From IMG/VR virus record IMGVR_UViG_3300050821_010639, positions 32,001 through 96,000 of that record: a stretch of DNA of 64,000 nucleotides; one strand, 5' to 3'. The stretch is from a virus. Shown piece after piece: positions 20,642-28,829 of this stretch. Both the position numbers and the translations under genes were made by a program. The number at the start of each line of letters is the position of its first letter. The first letter of the stretch is position 1. Under the pieces are notes generated by a model. It saw only the letters and a list, made by a program, of their open reading frames with translations, was not told where the DNA came from and did no database searches.

Positions 20642-21025
20642 GTGGCGAAGATGAGCAGCACGGACCTGATGGACGCCTTCAGGGAGATGACCGTGCTGGA
20701 GCTGGCGGAGTTCGTGAAGGACTTCGAGAGCACGTTCGGGGTCACCGCCGCCGTGTCGGTCAACGGCACGCCGCCCGCCGTCAACGACACGCCAGCGGGG
20801 GAAGAAGACGAGCAGACGGAGTTCGATGTCGTCCTCACCTCCGCCGGGAGCAAGAAGATCCAGGTCATCAAGGAAGTCCGGGTCCTCACGAGGCTGGGCC
20901 TGAAGGAAGCCAAAGACCTGGTAGAGCACACGCCGGCTACCGTGCTGGAGCACGTCGACCGGGCAACCGCCGACAAGGCCGCGGACCTGCTCGAAGCCGC
21001 CGGGGCCGCGTTCGACGTCCGCTAG
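20642..21025 (+). CDS. rplL: 50S ribosomal protein bL12 (L7/L12)
   Basis: [52 protein letters not shown]; GGGGAG SD. Confidence 0.96.
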   Translation: MAKMSSTDLMDAFREMTVLELAEFVKDFESTFGVTAAVSVNGTPPAVNDTPAGEEDEQTEFDVVLTSAGSKKIQVIKEVRVLTRLGLKEAKDLVEHTPATVLEHVDRATADKAADLLEAAGAAFDVR

Positions 21026-22716
21026 AACTTCCCGTAAGCGACCAGGCGCATGATCTCGCGCGGACTCAGCGTAGTGAACAGGCTCTGCTTCTCGTCCCAC
21101 ACCACGTCGGCGATCTCACCCTCCTGCCGCAGCATCGGCAGGTAGGCATCCTCCTGGGTACCCCGGGCCAGCAGGTGGTGCGCGTACACCGTCGGGAACT
21201 GGCTGCCCACCCGCGCGCACCGGCCGACGATCTGGCTCATCCGCGCCGGGTTGAGGATGGTGTCCACCAGGGCCACGTGACGGGACACCTGCAGATTGAG
21301 GCTCGCCTCGATCGTGGTGGTACCGACCAGCACCCGGCACTCCGGGTCCTCACGGAACCGCGCCAGCCGACGGGCGCGCTCGCGCTGGTCGGTCTCGCCG
21401 CTCCACATCAGCACCCCGTCGATGCCCTCGGCCTTCAGCCGCTGCGCGAGCGCGGCCACGTTCTTCCTGAAGTAGACGAAGCAGACCGCCTTCTCGTCAG
21501 CGATGTCGCCGGTGAGCAGGTTCATCAGCCAGTCGAACTTGCACGAGTCGTCAGCCCCCGGCCCCTCGTCAAGGGCCGCCAGGCCGCTGCAGATCTGCCA
21601 GCCGTAGTTGAACGCGGCGGCAGCCTCGGCCTTGGACACCACCTCGCCGGTCTCCTTCAGCCGCCGCAGCGTCCCACGGCGCAGCTCCTCGTACCGCGTC
21701 CGCTGGCGCGGGTTCAGGTCAAGGAACACCGGGTTGTACTGGACCGCCGGCATGGCCACGTCGCCGTCGATGTCCTTGGCGGTGCGGCGCAGCACCAGGG
21801 GGCGGATCTTCGCGCGGAACTCGGCGGCCTTCCTCGGGTTGGTGGTGATCCCGCCGCCGCTGCCCAGCTGAACCTTCTTGCGGACCCGGCGTCGTCCAGT
21901 AGGGTCGCTCCGGTCCCGGGTGAGGATGGTCTTGGAGGACGGCCCCGAGTACTTCGCCTCGAAGAAGTCGAGCGACCCGAGCGCGGCCCGGCCGCCGACC
22001 GGCTGCAGGAAGCACCACAGCTCCTTCAGCTGCTTCTGCGTCGGCGTGGCGTGCGCCCCGTGGACCCTCTTGCACTGGGCGGCGAGCCGGTTGATGGCGA
22101 TGCTGGTCTCGGTGAGGTGGTTGCGCAGCGCGTCAAGATCGTCGTAGATCAAGATCCCGACCGGGAAGCTCTCCAGCAGGGCGACGTCACCCTCACGGGA
22201 CTGCTTGGACCCGTGCGCGCCGGCGAACGTGCGGTCGCTCACCACCGCGATTTCCCAGTTGCCCATGTAGCCGCGCAGGCGCTGGTCCTTGTCGCCGTCG
22301 GCCACGAAGACGGAGATCCCCGGTAGCAGGCGCTTCAGCTCGTTGCCCCAGGGGTCCCAGACCGCAGCCGCCCGGCAGACGATGACCGCCCGGTTGTGCA
22401 GCCCCAGCTCCCCGTTCTGCTTGCACATCGCCAGCATGGCGCATATCTGCGCGGTCTTGCCCGACCCCATCGTGTCGCTCAGCAGGTCAGGCAGGCCCAG
22501 GTACATCCACGAGGCCCCGATCCGCTGGTGCTTGCGCAGCCTGATGCCGCACCGGCGGCACAGGATGTTCAGGCTCTCGTGGCGGTCGCACGGCTCGGAG
22601 TTGAACCAGTCCAGCCCGGGGAAGGGCTGGATGTCCTCCAGACGGCGGATGCGCTCCGCGTACTTGCGACGGTCGTCACGGGACATCAAGGCAGCATCGG
22701 GCAGGGCCAGTGTCAT
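21022..22716 (-). CDS. SNF2-family helicase/ATPase
   Basis: [32 protein letters not shown]. Start MTLALP; track ORF overlaps the upstream gene. Confidence 0.85.
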   Translation of the reverse strand: MTLALPDAALMSRDDRRKYAERIRRLEDIQPFPGLDWFNSEPCDRHESLNILCRRCGIRLRKHQRIGASWMYLGLPDLLSDTMGSGKTAQICAMLAMCKQNGELGLHNRAVIVCRAAAVWDPWGNELKRLLPGISVFVADGDKDQRLRGYMGNWEIAVVSDRTFAGAHGSKQSREGDVALLESFPVGILIYDDLDALRNHLTETSIAINRLAAQCKRVHGAHATPTQKQLKELWCFLQPVGGRAALGSLDFFEAKYSGPSSKTILTRDRSDPTGRRRVRKKVQLGSGGGITTNPRKAAEFRAKIRPLVLRRTAKDIDGDVAMPAVQYNPVFLDLNPRQRTRYEELRRGTLRRLKETGEVVSKAEAAAAFNYGWQICSGLAALDEGPGADDSCKFDWLMNLLTGDIADEKAVCFVYFRKNVAALAQRLKAEGIDGVLMWSGETDQRERARRLARFREDPECRVLVGTTTIEASLNLQVSRHVALVDTILNPARMSQIVGRCARVGSQFPTVYAHHLLARGTQEDAYLPMLRQEGEIADVVWDEKQSLFTTLSPREIMRLVAYGKF

Positions 22717-22724
22717 GCCTGTTG

Positions 22725-23168
22725 CTACGCCGCCGGGGGAGCCACCTTCGCCTCCAGGGCCGTCAGCCGGTCCAGGACCTCGGTCAGGCCGCCCTCGGTC
22801 CTGGTGTCCAGCCGATCGATGATGACCTCGGTGTCCTCGAACGTCTTCGCGGCGCGGGCGTCGGACGCCACGGCCTGCAGATTCTGGCCGACCATGATGA
22901 CGGAAAGCAAGACCAGCTGCAAGAAGAACGAGGCGACCCACTGGACGATCCCGTACAGCCCCTGGTGAATGGCGGTCGGCAGGGCCAGGCAGTCGAACAC
23001 CGCGAACAGGTAGGCGCAGTACATGGTCCCGACTACACGGGTCGTCCACACCGCCAGCCACGCGTTGAAGCGCTCGACCGCGTTACGCCGGGGCAGGTGG
23101 TCGCGCACGTGCAGGTGCACAGGCAGGTCGCCGTGCCGGGTGCGGCCGAAATGCGGCTGGTCGCTCAT
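22725..23168 (-). CDS. DUF1003-like membrane protein
   Basis: ERFNAWLA...VGTM...LQLVLLSVIMVGQN, two hydrophobic segments then a coiled coil. Confidence 0.7.
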   Translation of the reverse strand: MSDQPHFGRTRHGDLPVHLHVRDHLPRRNAVERFNAWLAVWTTRVVGTMYCAYLFAVFDCLALPTAIHQGLYGIVQWVASFFLQLVLLSVIMVGQNLQAVASDARAAKTFEDTEVIIDRLDTRTEGGLTEVLDRLTALEAKVAPPAA

Positions 23169-23181
23169 GCCCCTGCGATCG

Positions 23182-23610
23182 TCACGCGGTCAGCAGGCCC
23201 GCGCCGATGCACAGCCCGGCTGCGGCGGCGGTGATCCCGTAGCTCAGCGCCCACGCCCTCCAGCCGGCGTCCTCTCTTATCACAGCGACGGCAGAGCACA
23301 GGGCAAAGGCGGCGAGGCCACTCGCAAGGAGAGCAGCGCGTCCTGACGCAACTGCGAAAGGAAGTGCGACCAGCACTGACCCGGCAGTTGTAGCTCCACC
23401 GCACACGACCGCGCCGCCGATGCCGTCGCCCGGGTCCGACTGGTACCGGCCGCTAGCCATGCCAGGAAACGCGGCCAGGCCCCCGGACAGCCCTGCCAGC
23501 CACACGGCCAGGTGCGGCTCGCCAGCGATATACAGGGCCAGGGAAAGCCCGATGCCGGTGGTGGTGCCGTCGGCAAGGCCCATGATGGCAGCCGCACGGG
23601 GGACCCTCAC
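23182..23610 (-). CDS. Short VIT1/CCC1-family transporter
   Basis: IMGLADG...LAGLSGGLA...GMASGRYQS; hydrophobic throughout. Confidence 0.7.
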   Translation of the reverse strand: MRVPRAAAIMGLADGTTTGIGLSLALYIAGEPHLAVWLAGLSGGLAAFPGMASGRYQSDPGDGIGGAVVCGGATTAGSVLVALPFAVASGRAALLASGLAAFALCSAVAVIREDAGWRAWALSYGITAAAAGLCIGAGLLTA

Positions 23611-23891
23611 TCAGGCGGCGTGAGGCCAAACAGCGACTGCATCCGGCTCAGCAGGTCCTGCAGAACGGCCTCCACCGCAGCCACCAGCTCGGGGCCGTAC
23701 TTTTCCGCGAGCGCGATGAGCTGCGACCGGTCGGTCAGGATGACCGAGAGGACCTGTGCCTCGGCGCCCTTCGCCTCAGCGAGCAGCCGCCGGGCCTCGG
23801 CCAGCGCCTCCCCGTCCAAGTCCTCGACCTTGGCCTCCACCTCGCGAAAGACCTTCTCGGCGGCCTGCTCGGCATCAGTAATTAGTGACAT
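23607..23891 (-). CDS. Acidic helical hypothetical protein (start uncertain, may extend to 24035)
   Basis: Stop overlaps the VIT1 start. Confidence 0.5.
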   Translation of the reverse strand: MSLITDAEQAAEKVFREVEAKVEDLDGEALAEARRLLAEAKGAEAQVLSVILTDRSQLIALAEKYGPELVAAVEAVLQDLLSRMQSLFGLTPPE

Positions 23892-24031
23892 GCCGGGGCA
23901 ATCGGACTCGTCCAGCACCCGCAGCAGCAAAGCCCGCTGGTCAGGGGCAAGCAGCATAAGGCCCTTCACCAGGGACACGCGGTCGTGCCTCAGCAGCTCC
24001 CGCAGGCCCATCGCGGCGCTGACGGCGGGCC

Positions 24032-24862
24032 TCACGCGGCCTCGCCGGCCGCCAGGGCGTCGGCGTCCCAGACCTGCACGCCCTGGCTGGCTGCTCCCCG
24101 CGTGACCAGCTCGGCCGCAGCCCCGGCCTCGGTGAACGGCCGGCCGGCGTCCGCGTGGTTGGCCGGCCGGGTGAACCGGCCGGGCGCGGCCGGGGCGATG
24201 ACCAGCCGGTAGGCGGGCACGGCGAACCGGCACGTGCCGGTTCCGCACGCCGTGGCGGCCGAGCACGAGAACTGCCCCGCCACGGCCCCGCAAGCGGCCA
24301 CAGAGCGGGCGACGGCACTGCGGACGGCCGAGCGCACCCCGGCGGCGTACGAGCGCTCCCTGGCCTCCGTGGCGGCCCTGGCGATGGCGACCGCGTAGCG
24401 CTCATCGCCGCCGAACGCGTCCAGGGCGTCGGCGATGTCCCGCTCGCGCGCGACGGCCAGGGCCATGGCGACAGCTTCGAGGAACGCGTTCTTGGTGACG
24501 TGGCGGCCAGCGGCGCCGGCGCGGCCGGTCTTAGGGGCCAGCCGCGCGGCGGCGAGGTAGGGCGCGGCGGCGGCGAGGTAGTCGCACCCGGCCAGCGGCG
24601 AGCCCGCGGCCCGCAGCACCGGGGCGATGGCCGACGTCCTGCTATCTCGCAGTACCTCCGCCGCGCGCAGCGCCTCAGCGAACGGCACGCGGACGCCGCC
24701 GACGATCACCTCACGCGCGGCGAGCGACGGCCAGGGGGGCCCGAGGTTGGAATATAGCAGCTCGTAAGGCAAACTGGACTCGCATGCGTGTTTTAGCGCG
24801 CCAGGTGCGGTGGCGCTGGCACCGACATGACAGGCACCCGGTTCCCTCCCCGCCAGCCTCAC
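24032..24862 (-). CDS. Ala-rich hypothetical protein sharing a domain with 12198-13364 (start uncertain)
   Basis: GGVRVPFAEALRAAEVLR...GSPLAG aligns by eye with GGVRLSAAEVRSAVAALR...GHRLAG. Confidence 0.5.
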   Translation of the reverse strand: MRLAGREPGACHVGASATAPGALKHACESSLPYELLYSNLGPPWPSLAAREVIVGGVRVPFAEALRAAEVLRDSRTSAIAPVLRAAGSPLAGCDYLAAAAPYLAAARLAPKTGRAGAAGRHVTKNAFLEAVAMALAVARERDIADALDAFGGDERYAVAIARAATEARERSYAAGVRSAVRSAVARSVAACGAVAGQFSCSAATACGTGTCRFAVPAYRLVIAPAAPGRFTRPANHADAGRPFTEAGAAAELVTRGAASQGVQVWDADALAAGEAA

Positions 24863-25103
24863 CAGCCAGGCACGGAACCGGGTGCCTTTTAATCACGGCC
24901 CGAAGGCTCCAGCTCAACGCGGTACGGGCAAAGCGCGAGGCCAGCCGCCACCACTTACGGGCTACAGCTGGCCTCATGGTTGCCTCCTGCGGACGGAGGC
25001 GGGGACCGGGGCACCCGTCCTCCGCCGGCTCGCGCCGGGTGCGGACTAAGGCCTCTCGGGCTCTTCGGCAGAGGTTAGACCCCTGCCGGAAGAACCGTCA
25101 ATA

Positions 25104-25730
25104 TCACGTCCGGGTTGCGCGCGGGCGCGAGGTACGCTCGCGCGGCTCGCGCGCGGTGCGGCTGCCCGCTCGCGAGCGCGAGGGAACAGTACCGTACCCG
25201 CCCGCTCGCGAGCGGGCCACGGGCTTCCGGCCGGCTCGGGCCGTGCGGCCGGCTCGGGCCTGCGCCCTGGCCGGAAGCGAGAGCAGCCAGGTCCAGAGCC
25301 CGCCGCCGCGGGCGCGGGCGCCCCGGGCGGCCTTACCGCCAAGCTCGCGGGCCCGCTCGACGGCCCGCACCCGCTTGAGCGCGGCGAGGGTGCGCTTCTG
25401 AACCTGGTGAACGATTTCGCGCACGAGCTGCTGCTGGACGCGCACGTCACGAGTTTCCAGCAACTGCCGCAGCAGGGAGCGCAGCTCGGGGCCGAGCATG
25501 ACGCGCACGCCAGGAGAGTGCCGGTCGCTGTCCGGGTGCAGCCGGCCCGGGTGCTCGCGCAGGTTGACAGCGCTGTCGAGCTGCCTCACGTGCACCTGCA
25601 AGACACTGGCGCGCGTGGCGGTGCGGAGCTTGAGCACCTGCCTGGCAAGGTGCCGGGCGTGCCGTGGCAGCCGGCGGTGGTGCGGGTGCCCTCCGGGCAC
25701 GCGCTCCGGGTGCGGGTTGGGAAGGGACAA
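25104..25730 (-). CDS. Very basic Arg-rich protein
   Basis: TTG start after GAGGAG; high GC3; follows the coupling-protein gene. Confidence 0.6.
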   Translation of the reverse strand: MSLPNPHPERVPGGHPHHRRLPRHARHLARQVLKLRTATRASVLQVHVRQLDSAVNLREHPGRLHPDSDRHSPGVRVMLGPELRSLLRQLLETRDVRVQQQLVREIVHQVQKRTLAALKRVRAVERARELGGKAARGARARGGGLWTWLLSLPARAQARAGRTARAGRKPVARSRAGGYGTVPSRSRAGSRTAREPRERTSRPRATRT

Positions 25731-25733
25731 GGC

Positions 25734-27500
25734 TTACTCCTCTGTAGTGTCGGCCGGGGCAGGGGGCTCCGGCGCGTCCGGGTGAAGCGTGAGGCGATCG
25801 GGGAATCGCGCCCCCGGCTCCGGTTCGTCGGTAATGACGACTTCCTGGTGAGCGGGGTGCTCCCAGACGGGCGTGATGCGGACCTGGACAGGCTTGGCGT
25901 TGCGCTGGATGACCAGGGCGTTGAACAGGGGAAGCTGGCGGATGCGCTCCGGCGGGAAGGTGCGCTCCTTAGTGCGGACCCTGGCGCCGCCCTCCTTGTG
26001 CCAGGAGTCGTGCTCACCGCAGATGACAGCCAGCCGCTCCAGGGTGGCCGTGCTGGTGAAGCCGCCGGCGATGACCTTGGTCGACAGCATTTCGAGGATG
26101 GTCTCCGCCTCGGCGGGGCCGCCCCACCCGGTCTCGATCTGGCTGACCGCCTGGAAGCCGGCCACCACCGTGATGTTGTAGCCGGCCGTGACCGCGAGCC
26201 ACCGCTTGAAGTCGATCCTCGCGGTGGTGGCGGCCTCATCGGCGGCTACCAGCAGCGGCATCCTCAGCCGGCCGCCCTGCTGCTCAGCCAAGATGCGGGC
26301 CTGCTCCATGAACTCAGTGACAAACGCCGAGAAGAACGGGGTGAGCGAGCCGTAGGGCCGCTCGGCGCCGATGAGGTAGACAGTCCCGTTCCCCTGGCGC
26401 AGGAACTCCGCGATGCCGAGCCCCTGGCCCGGCCGCGGGCACGCCACCGCGGCCAGCTGCGGGTCGTCCATCCAGCCAAGTGCCGCCTCAGCGGAGGAGA
26501 CGGCGGCGGACAGCAGGTCGCCCTCCATCGCCAGCATCGACTCCAGCCCGTCGGCCCAGCCGGGGGCGGCGCGCTCGCCGCGCAGGGCCTTGGCGAACGC
26601 CTCGGCCTCCGGGTTCAGCACCCAGGCCCGCACGTCGAACATGCTGCCGCCGGTCAGGGCGGCAGCGTGCAGGGCCCAGCGCAGCAGCTTCGCGCCGCGG
26701 TCCTCGTGCCACCTGTCCTTGCCGCCCGGGTCTTTCGGCGAGGCGTCCATGAAGTCGCCCGCGCGGCGCATCGCCACCGCCGGGTCGCGGCAGTCGTCCA
26801 CCGGCGACCAGGAGAACGTGGTGCCGGGACCGTAGCCGTCAGCGTCAAGCGTGAGCACCGGGCCCAGCTTCTCGCGCTCGGTGACGGTGTGCCGGTACTG
26901 GTCACCGCGGGAAGAGGTGGCGAGCACCGGGCCGGGCGCGTCGAGAATCCAGCCGGAGATGAGCGCGGTCTTGATGGACTGCGGCACGCCGAAGACGCCG
27001 ACCGACTCCGCGCGAGAGACGGCGACGGCCTGGTGCGGCCGGTGCACGGTGTACCCGAGCGACAGGTACGACCGCTCGGCGGGCAGGCCGGGGGCGAGCC
27101 GGGCCATCTTCTTCGCCGCGAACGCGGGAGACAGTGCCTGGTGCACCTCCAGCGGGTTCGCCTCGCCCTGGTACTTGCGGCGGCGGCGCTGCGCGGCGTA
27201 GCCGCCCCGGAGGTACCACGACCAGCCCTCCCAGGCGCGCTGGGTGACGTGGTAGGCGCATGCGCCTACCACCGCGAGGTCGTACATCGGGTTGACGCCG
27301 AGCAGCGCGCAGGTACCGAGCCCGGCCGCAGCGGCGACCCCGTACCCGCCGCCGTTGACGACAAGGGCACGGCCGACCGAGGCCAGCGAGCGGTTCAGCG
27401 CGCTGTCGGTGACAGCCAGCCTGCCCGGGTCAGGCAGGTCCCGCCCCGCCGCGCCCTCAATGTCACCCGAGAAGACGGTCATCTTGCTGAGCGCGCTCAC
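25734..27500 (-). CDS. VirD4/TraG-like type IV coupling protein
   Basis: N-terminal hydrophobic segment, VGVFGVPQSIKT (variant Walker A), GPVLATSS, LVAADEAA, FQAVSQIETGWG. Confidence 0.85.
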   Translation of the reverse strand: MSALSKMTVFSGDIEGAAGRDLPDPGRLAVTDSALNRSLASVGRALVVNGGGYGVAAAAGLGTCALLGVNPMYDLAVVGACAYHVTQRAWEGWSWYLRGGYAAQRRRRKYQGEANPLEVHQALSPAFAAKKMARLAPGLPAERSYLSLGYTVHRPHQAVAVSRAESVGVFGVPQSIKTALISGWILDAPGPVLATSSRGDQYRHTVTEREKLGPVLTLDADGYGPGTTFSWSPVDDCRDPAVAMRRAGDFMDASPKDPGGKDRWHEDRGAKLLRWALHAAALTGGSMFDVRAWVLNPEAEAFAKALRGERAAPGWADGLESMLAMEGDLLSAAVSSAEAALGWMDDPQLAAVACPRPGQGLGIAEFLRQGNGTVYLIGAERPYGSLTPFFSAFVTEFMEQARILAEQQGGRLRMPLLVAADEAATTARIDFKRWLAVTAGYNITVVAGFQAVSQIETGWGGPAEAETILEMLSTKVIAGGFTSTATLERLAVICGEHDSWHKEGGARVRTKERTFPPERIRQLPLFNALVIQRNAKPVQVRITPVWEHPAHQEVVITDEPEPGARFPDRLTLHPDAPEPPAPADTTEE

Positions 27501-27664
27501 CGGGACCCCCGGCGGCGCTGGGCGGCGCGCGAGCGCCGGTGCGGCCGGCCGCCCTCGTCAGGGACGTCCCAGAAGTCCTGCCGCGCCGTGAGCCGCTTGG
27601 CCTGCAGCCGCTGACGGCGGTTGCGGTCGCCAGCGGAGCGCGAGCGGTCGCCGCTTTCAGCCAT
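27497..27664 (-). CDS. Small basic protein (55 aa)
   Basis: Hand-translated MAESGDRSRS...; GGGAGG SD; stop overlaps the T4CP start. Confidence 0.55.
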   Translation of the reverse strand: MAESGDRSRSAGDRNRRQRLQAKRLTARQDFWDVPDEGGRPHRRSRAAQRRRGSR

Positions 27665-27734
27665 GAGTGTGCCCCTCCCTGTACTCGGTTGCCCTCTTGT
27701 CCCGAGTTTAGAGAGTTACTTGACCAGAGTCAAG

Positions 27735-28539
27735 TCAGGAACGGAGAATCTCGTCCCCGTTCACGGCCCACCACGTACCGAGCACGGGCGCCAGGGAGTG
27801 CCCGGGGCGCAGAGGGTAAACCTGTACCCGGCCGGCCACCTGGTCCTCACAGGGCGGCAGGACCAGTTGCACCTCGTCGCCAGGCCACAGCTCCGCCATC
27901 CCGAACGGGTCACCGTACTTCTCCGCCAGGCACCGCCAGGCGTCCCCGGTCACCGCCAGCGCCCCGATTCCCGGGCGACGGGCCGGCGCGGTAACGACAG
28001 CGAAGAACCCGCCGTCCCAGGTCTGCCACACTCGCAACCGGGTCCCTTCGGGCAGCCAGGGCCTCCACGGCTGCCGGTCGAGTACCCGCTCGCCCAGCGC
28101 GGGCAGCCACAGGCCGCTGTGCCGGCGGGGCAGCGGCTCAGGCACCGGCAGCCTCCACGACCAGCTCGGCAGTGGTGGTGACGGTCACCTTGTGGCCGGT
28201 CTCCCGGCTGTGCTGCCAGGCCAGGTCGCGAATCTCAGCCAGGGCCCCGGGGTCGTCGCTGACCTCAGTGCGGTGCAGGGCACAGCCCGAGCACCGCATC
28301 ACCGCGGGCAACTTGGTGAACGACTTCTTGACCCTGTGGAGCTTAGCCTCCTGCTTCGCCCGCCAGGCCGGAACCCAGTCCGGCACGTGACCCGGGCAGA
28401 ACGCCCCCTCGGCCTTGCTGTGGAACCAGCCCTCGCGGTCCGCTGCCATGGCGTCCCACCGGCTGCCCGGGTGGCTGGCCGTGCAGCCCAGGTCCGCACG
28501 GCGCGCGCAGTAGACGGGGTTCTCGGACGCGTGGCTCAC
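27735..28539 (-). other. Two hypothetical CDS (27735-28145; 28138-28539)
   Basis: Coupled ORFs. Confidence 0.55.
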
Positions 28540-28826
28540 CGCTTCACCAGCGTCCCGTTCGGCAGCGCGGTGTACGCCCTGGCCTCGTTGACCGCCAGCT
28601 TGGCGTCCACCGCCGCGTCCAGGTCGACGCCCGTCATCTGCGCGAGGCCGTACAGGTACACCGCGACGTCAGCCAGCTCGGCGCCGAGGCCCGCGCCTCC
28701 CGTTCGCCACGCGGCGAACGCCTCGGCGACCTCGCCCTGCAGCAGGCAGAACTCCAACGGGACGTCCGAGGTGTTGAAGCCGTGCGCGACCTTGTTGCCC
28801 CACACGCGCTGCTGGACGCCAGTCAC
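28536..28826 (-). CDS. MazG-like nucleotide pyrophosphohydrolase
   Basis: GEVAEA...ELADVAVY acidic helical motif. Confidence 0.8.
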   Translation of the reverse strand: MTGVQQRVWGNKVAHGFNTSDVPLEFCLLQGEVAEAFAAWRTGGAGLGAELADVAVYLYGLAQMTGVDLDAAVDAKLAVNEARAYTALPNGTLVKR

Positions 28827-28829
28827 CTG

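Noticed and set aside
25160-25260. Repeats cccgctcgcgagcg and cggccggctcgggcc as a possible oriT or origin
   Set aside because: They fall within the Arg/Ala-rich tail of ORF 25104-25730 and are explained by peptide repeats; no relaxase nearby.
25407-27614. Long plus-strand ORFs (735 aa here; also 1321-2772, 39091-40779, 16493-17740)
   Set aside because: Antisense shadows of well-supported minus-strand genes in GC-rich DNA; no motifs.
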